A DNA stretch of 58,648 bases, taken from NCBI GenBank assembly GCA_946629665.1, contig CAMOYC010000001.1:1-58648 (forward strand). Reading direction: 5' to 3'. A program made the position numbers and the translations under genes. Positions 57,078-58,648 of the stretch are shown here, piece after piece; within the stretch, counting starts at the first letter, position 1; each line of letters begins with the position of its first letter. Source of the stretch: an uncultured Lachnospiraceae bacterium (GTDB lineage Bacteria; Bacillota; Clostridia; Lachnospirales; Lachnospiraceae). The notes below the pieces were generated by a model that saw nothing but the letters and a program-made list of their open reading frames with translations, did no database searches and had not been told where the DNA came from.

Positions 57078-57265
57078 AGTCTACCTCAGCTTGTCTGATA
57101 TAATAAAATATAAACTTTAAAATAGTAAAATACATTCTTTATTATTATAGATCATTTTTTATTCTTTATCAATGCGGATATCTTGTTCCCTGAAGGTAAA
57201 ACTATGTTATAATTATGTTATAATTAAGAAAAAGTCCGAGAACAACCCACAGGAGGGTAGTAATT

Positions 57266-57829
57266 ATGAAGATATGGATAACCAGACACGGACAGACCAG
57301 ACTGAATAAGGCAAGAAGAATGCAGGGACAGATTGATGAACCTTTAAATAAGACCGGAGTAATGCAGGCCAAGGAAGCACGTAAGCGGATCGGCCGGGTG
57401 AATTTTGATGCGGTTTATTCCAGCCCGCTCAAAAGGGCCATCATCACCGGTGCCTATGTCGGCGGGGTCCGGCCGGAGAAGGTCATAGTAGACCAGAGGC
57501 TGATCGAGGTCGATTTTGGACGTTATGATCTGAAAAAGTATTATCTGCTCGGACCGGCTATGAGTTTATACTGGGCCTGCCCTGAACTGTTCCCTTGCCC
57601 AAAGACGGTAGAACCAATCGAATCCATGGTGGAAAGAAGCAGTTCTTTTCTCAAGGAAATAGAGAGCATGGATTACGAGAACGTACTGATATCCTGTCAC
57701 GGCGGTATCATGAGGGCTCTCTGTGGCTATATGATGGATAAACCCAATGGGGTCTGCTGGCGGCCAAAACCCAGAAACTGTGAGATCCGCGTGTTTGACG
57801 GGCATGGGGAATATACAAGAATTCTTTGA
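57266..57829 (+). CDS. Histidine phosphatase (phosphoglycerate mutase family)
   Basis: RHGQT, YSSPLKRA, LIEVDFG and CHGG motifs. Confidence 0.9.
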   Translation: MKIWITRHGQTRLNKARRMQGQIDEPLNKTGVMQAKEARKRIGRVNFDAVYSSPLKRAIITGAYVGGVRPEKVIVDQRLIEVDFGRYDLKKYYLLGPAMSLYWACPELFPCPKTVEPIESMVERSSSFLKEIESMDYENVLISCHGGIMRALCGYMMDKPNGVCWRPKPRNCEIRVFDGHGEYTRIL

Positions 57830-57876
57830 AATTATACTGGCATATTTCAAGGTTTAGTGCTATAATATGTCAGTAC

Positions 57877-57947
57877 GCGGGTGTGGTTCAATGGTAGAAC
57901 ATCAGCTTCCCAAGCTGAGGACGCGGGTTCGATTCCCGTCATCCGCT
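57877..57947 (+). tRNA. tRNA-Gly (anticodon CCC), CCA not encoded
   Basis: 71-nt cloverleaf: acceptor GCGGGTG/CATCCGC, D arm GTTC/GAAC, anticodon arm TCAGC-TTCCCAA-GCTGA, T arm with TTCGA. TGcTATAAT lies upstream. Confidence 0.96.
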
Positions 57948-57948
57948 T

Positions 57949-57998
57949 AAAAAAGACCCTATAACCTTTATTTAAAGGCTGTAAGGGTCTTTCTTTTT
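57949..57998. terminator. Bidirectional terminator between tRNA-Gly and the integrase
   Basis: AAAGACCCT...AGGGTCTTT outer stem with inner CCTTTA/TAAAGG and A/T tracts on both sides. Confidence 0.7.
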
Positions 57999-58020
57999 GT
58001 CTTGTGGTACTAGTATGGTA

Positions 58021-58647
58021 CTATTCTTTTTCAAATAGTTTTTGTAACTTGTCTGTCACCTGGCTTTGTTTCGATGGGAACAAGTGACTATATGTATCAA
58101 GGGTTGTCGATACGTTTTCATGGCCTAGTCTTTCCGCAACCAGCAAGGCGGAAAAACCTAGTTCAATCAATAAGCTGGCGTGAGAGTGCCGGAGATCGTG
58201 AATCCTGATTGGCTTGACTCCGGCAATGGCAGCATGGTTTTCCAAGTGCCGTTTAAAAGTAGATCTGCCGTAATTAAATAGCATGTAATCATCCTTCAGA
58301 TCATAGATCCTATTCTCGAAATCCCGGATCACGTCGCACAGGAACGGCGGTATAAGGATTGTACGGTTTGATTTCGGTGTTTTAGGTGGCAAGACGTACT
58401 CTTTACCGTCTACCAGCTTGAAGGTCTTAGAAACGCTCACAGAGCCCCCAGAAAGGTCTATATCTGCCGGAGTAAGTGCCTGTAATTCGCCTTTACGCAT
58501 ACCGGTATAGTACAGGATCATAAACATCGTATAATATGGATCTGCATGGTCGAAGGTACTGATAAATTTATCAAATTCTTCCTTAGTCCAGAAATTAACA
58601 CTCTTGTTTTTCTTTCCGATCATGTTTCCGGCAACGTGACAGGGATT
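58021..58647 (-). CDS. Tyrosine recombinase/integrase (5'-truncated by window edge)
   Basis: TGMRKGE (R), PPKT (K), HDLRHSHAS (HxxR), LGH and TLDTYSH (Y). Frame is open to the window end. Confidence 0.93.
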   Translation of the reverse strand, partial: NPCHVAGNMIGKKNKSVNFWTKEEFDKFISTFDHADPYYTMFMILYYTGMRKGELQALTPADIDLSGGSVSVSKTFKLVDGKEYVLPPKTPKSNRTILIPPFLCDVIRDFENRIYDLKDDYMLFNYGRSTFKRHLENHAAIAGVKPIRIHDLRHSHASLLIELGFSALLVAERLGHENVSTTLDTYSHLFPSKQSQVTDKLQKLFEKE

Positions 58648-58648
58648 A

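Larger units (their letters stand above)
57948..58648. mobile_element. Left edge of a prophage/ICE-like element integrated at tRNA-Gly
   Basis: Integrase is convergent on the tRNA 3' end, with a TGGTACTA direct repeat between them. The rest of the element is outside the window. Confidence 0.7.

Noticed and set aside
1-58648. CRISPR arrays, rRNA genes, IS elements
   Set aside because: No regularly spaced repeats, rRNA-like sequence or transposase ORFs were seen by eye.

Overview
Core-chromosome segment of an anaerobic Firmicute. Gene content, order and style suggest Clostridia, probably Lachnospiraceae-like (inference). Left to right: purB (5'-truncated), SpoVB/MurJ-type flippase, purA, GT2, NusG-II protein, rnfCDGEAB, an alpha/beta-hydrolase lacking its catalytic Ser, nrdR, comM(yifB)-dprA-topA-codY, a DUF262/GmrSD-like gene, rpsB-tsf, a membrane PP2C phosphatase/RsbW-like kinase fusion, a Zn-ribbon/TPM fusion, dsdA and ktrAB. 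Next comes a long nucleotide-centred run (RsmJ-like, AAA_28 kinase-like, udk, nucleoside ABC transporter, MoaB-like, TPR, DUF4037, nrdG, nrdD, trxB-like), then dapA, oppBCDFA, a sulfonate/nitrate-type ABC transporter with a divergent LacI regulator, a C39-like exported protein, an MtnK-like kinase, a histidine phosphatase, tRNA-Gly(CCC) and the 3' end of a tyrosine integrase marking the edge of an integrated element. Best candidates for something new: (1) an NrdR-regulated class III ribonucleotide reductase carrying its own C-terminal CPNC redoxin, followed by a thioredoxin reductase lacking the NADPH-binding HRR motif (a possible ferredoxin-driven dNTP module); (2) a GmrSD/DUF262 protein with an intact DGQQR domain but an apparently dead HNH site, sitting in the codY-rpsB locus; (3) a MoaB-like/TPR/DUF4037 nucleotidyltransferase-like trio; (4) a perfect 43-bp palindrome that looks like a symmetric bidirectional promoter. 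All calls come from reading motifs by eye; no database search was run, so novelty is unverified.
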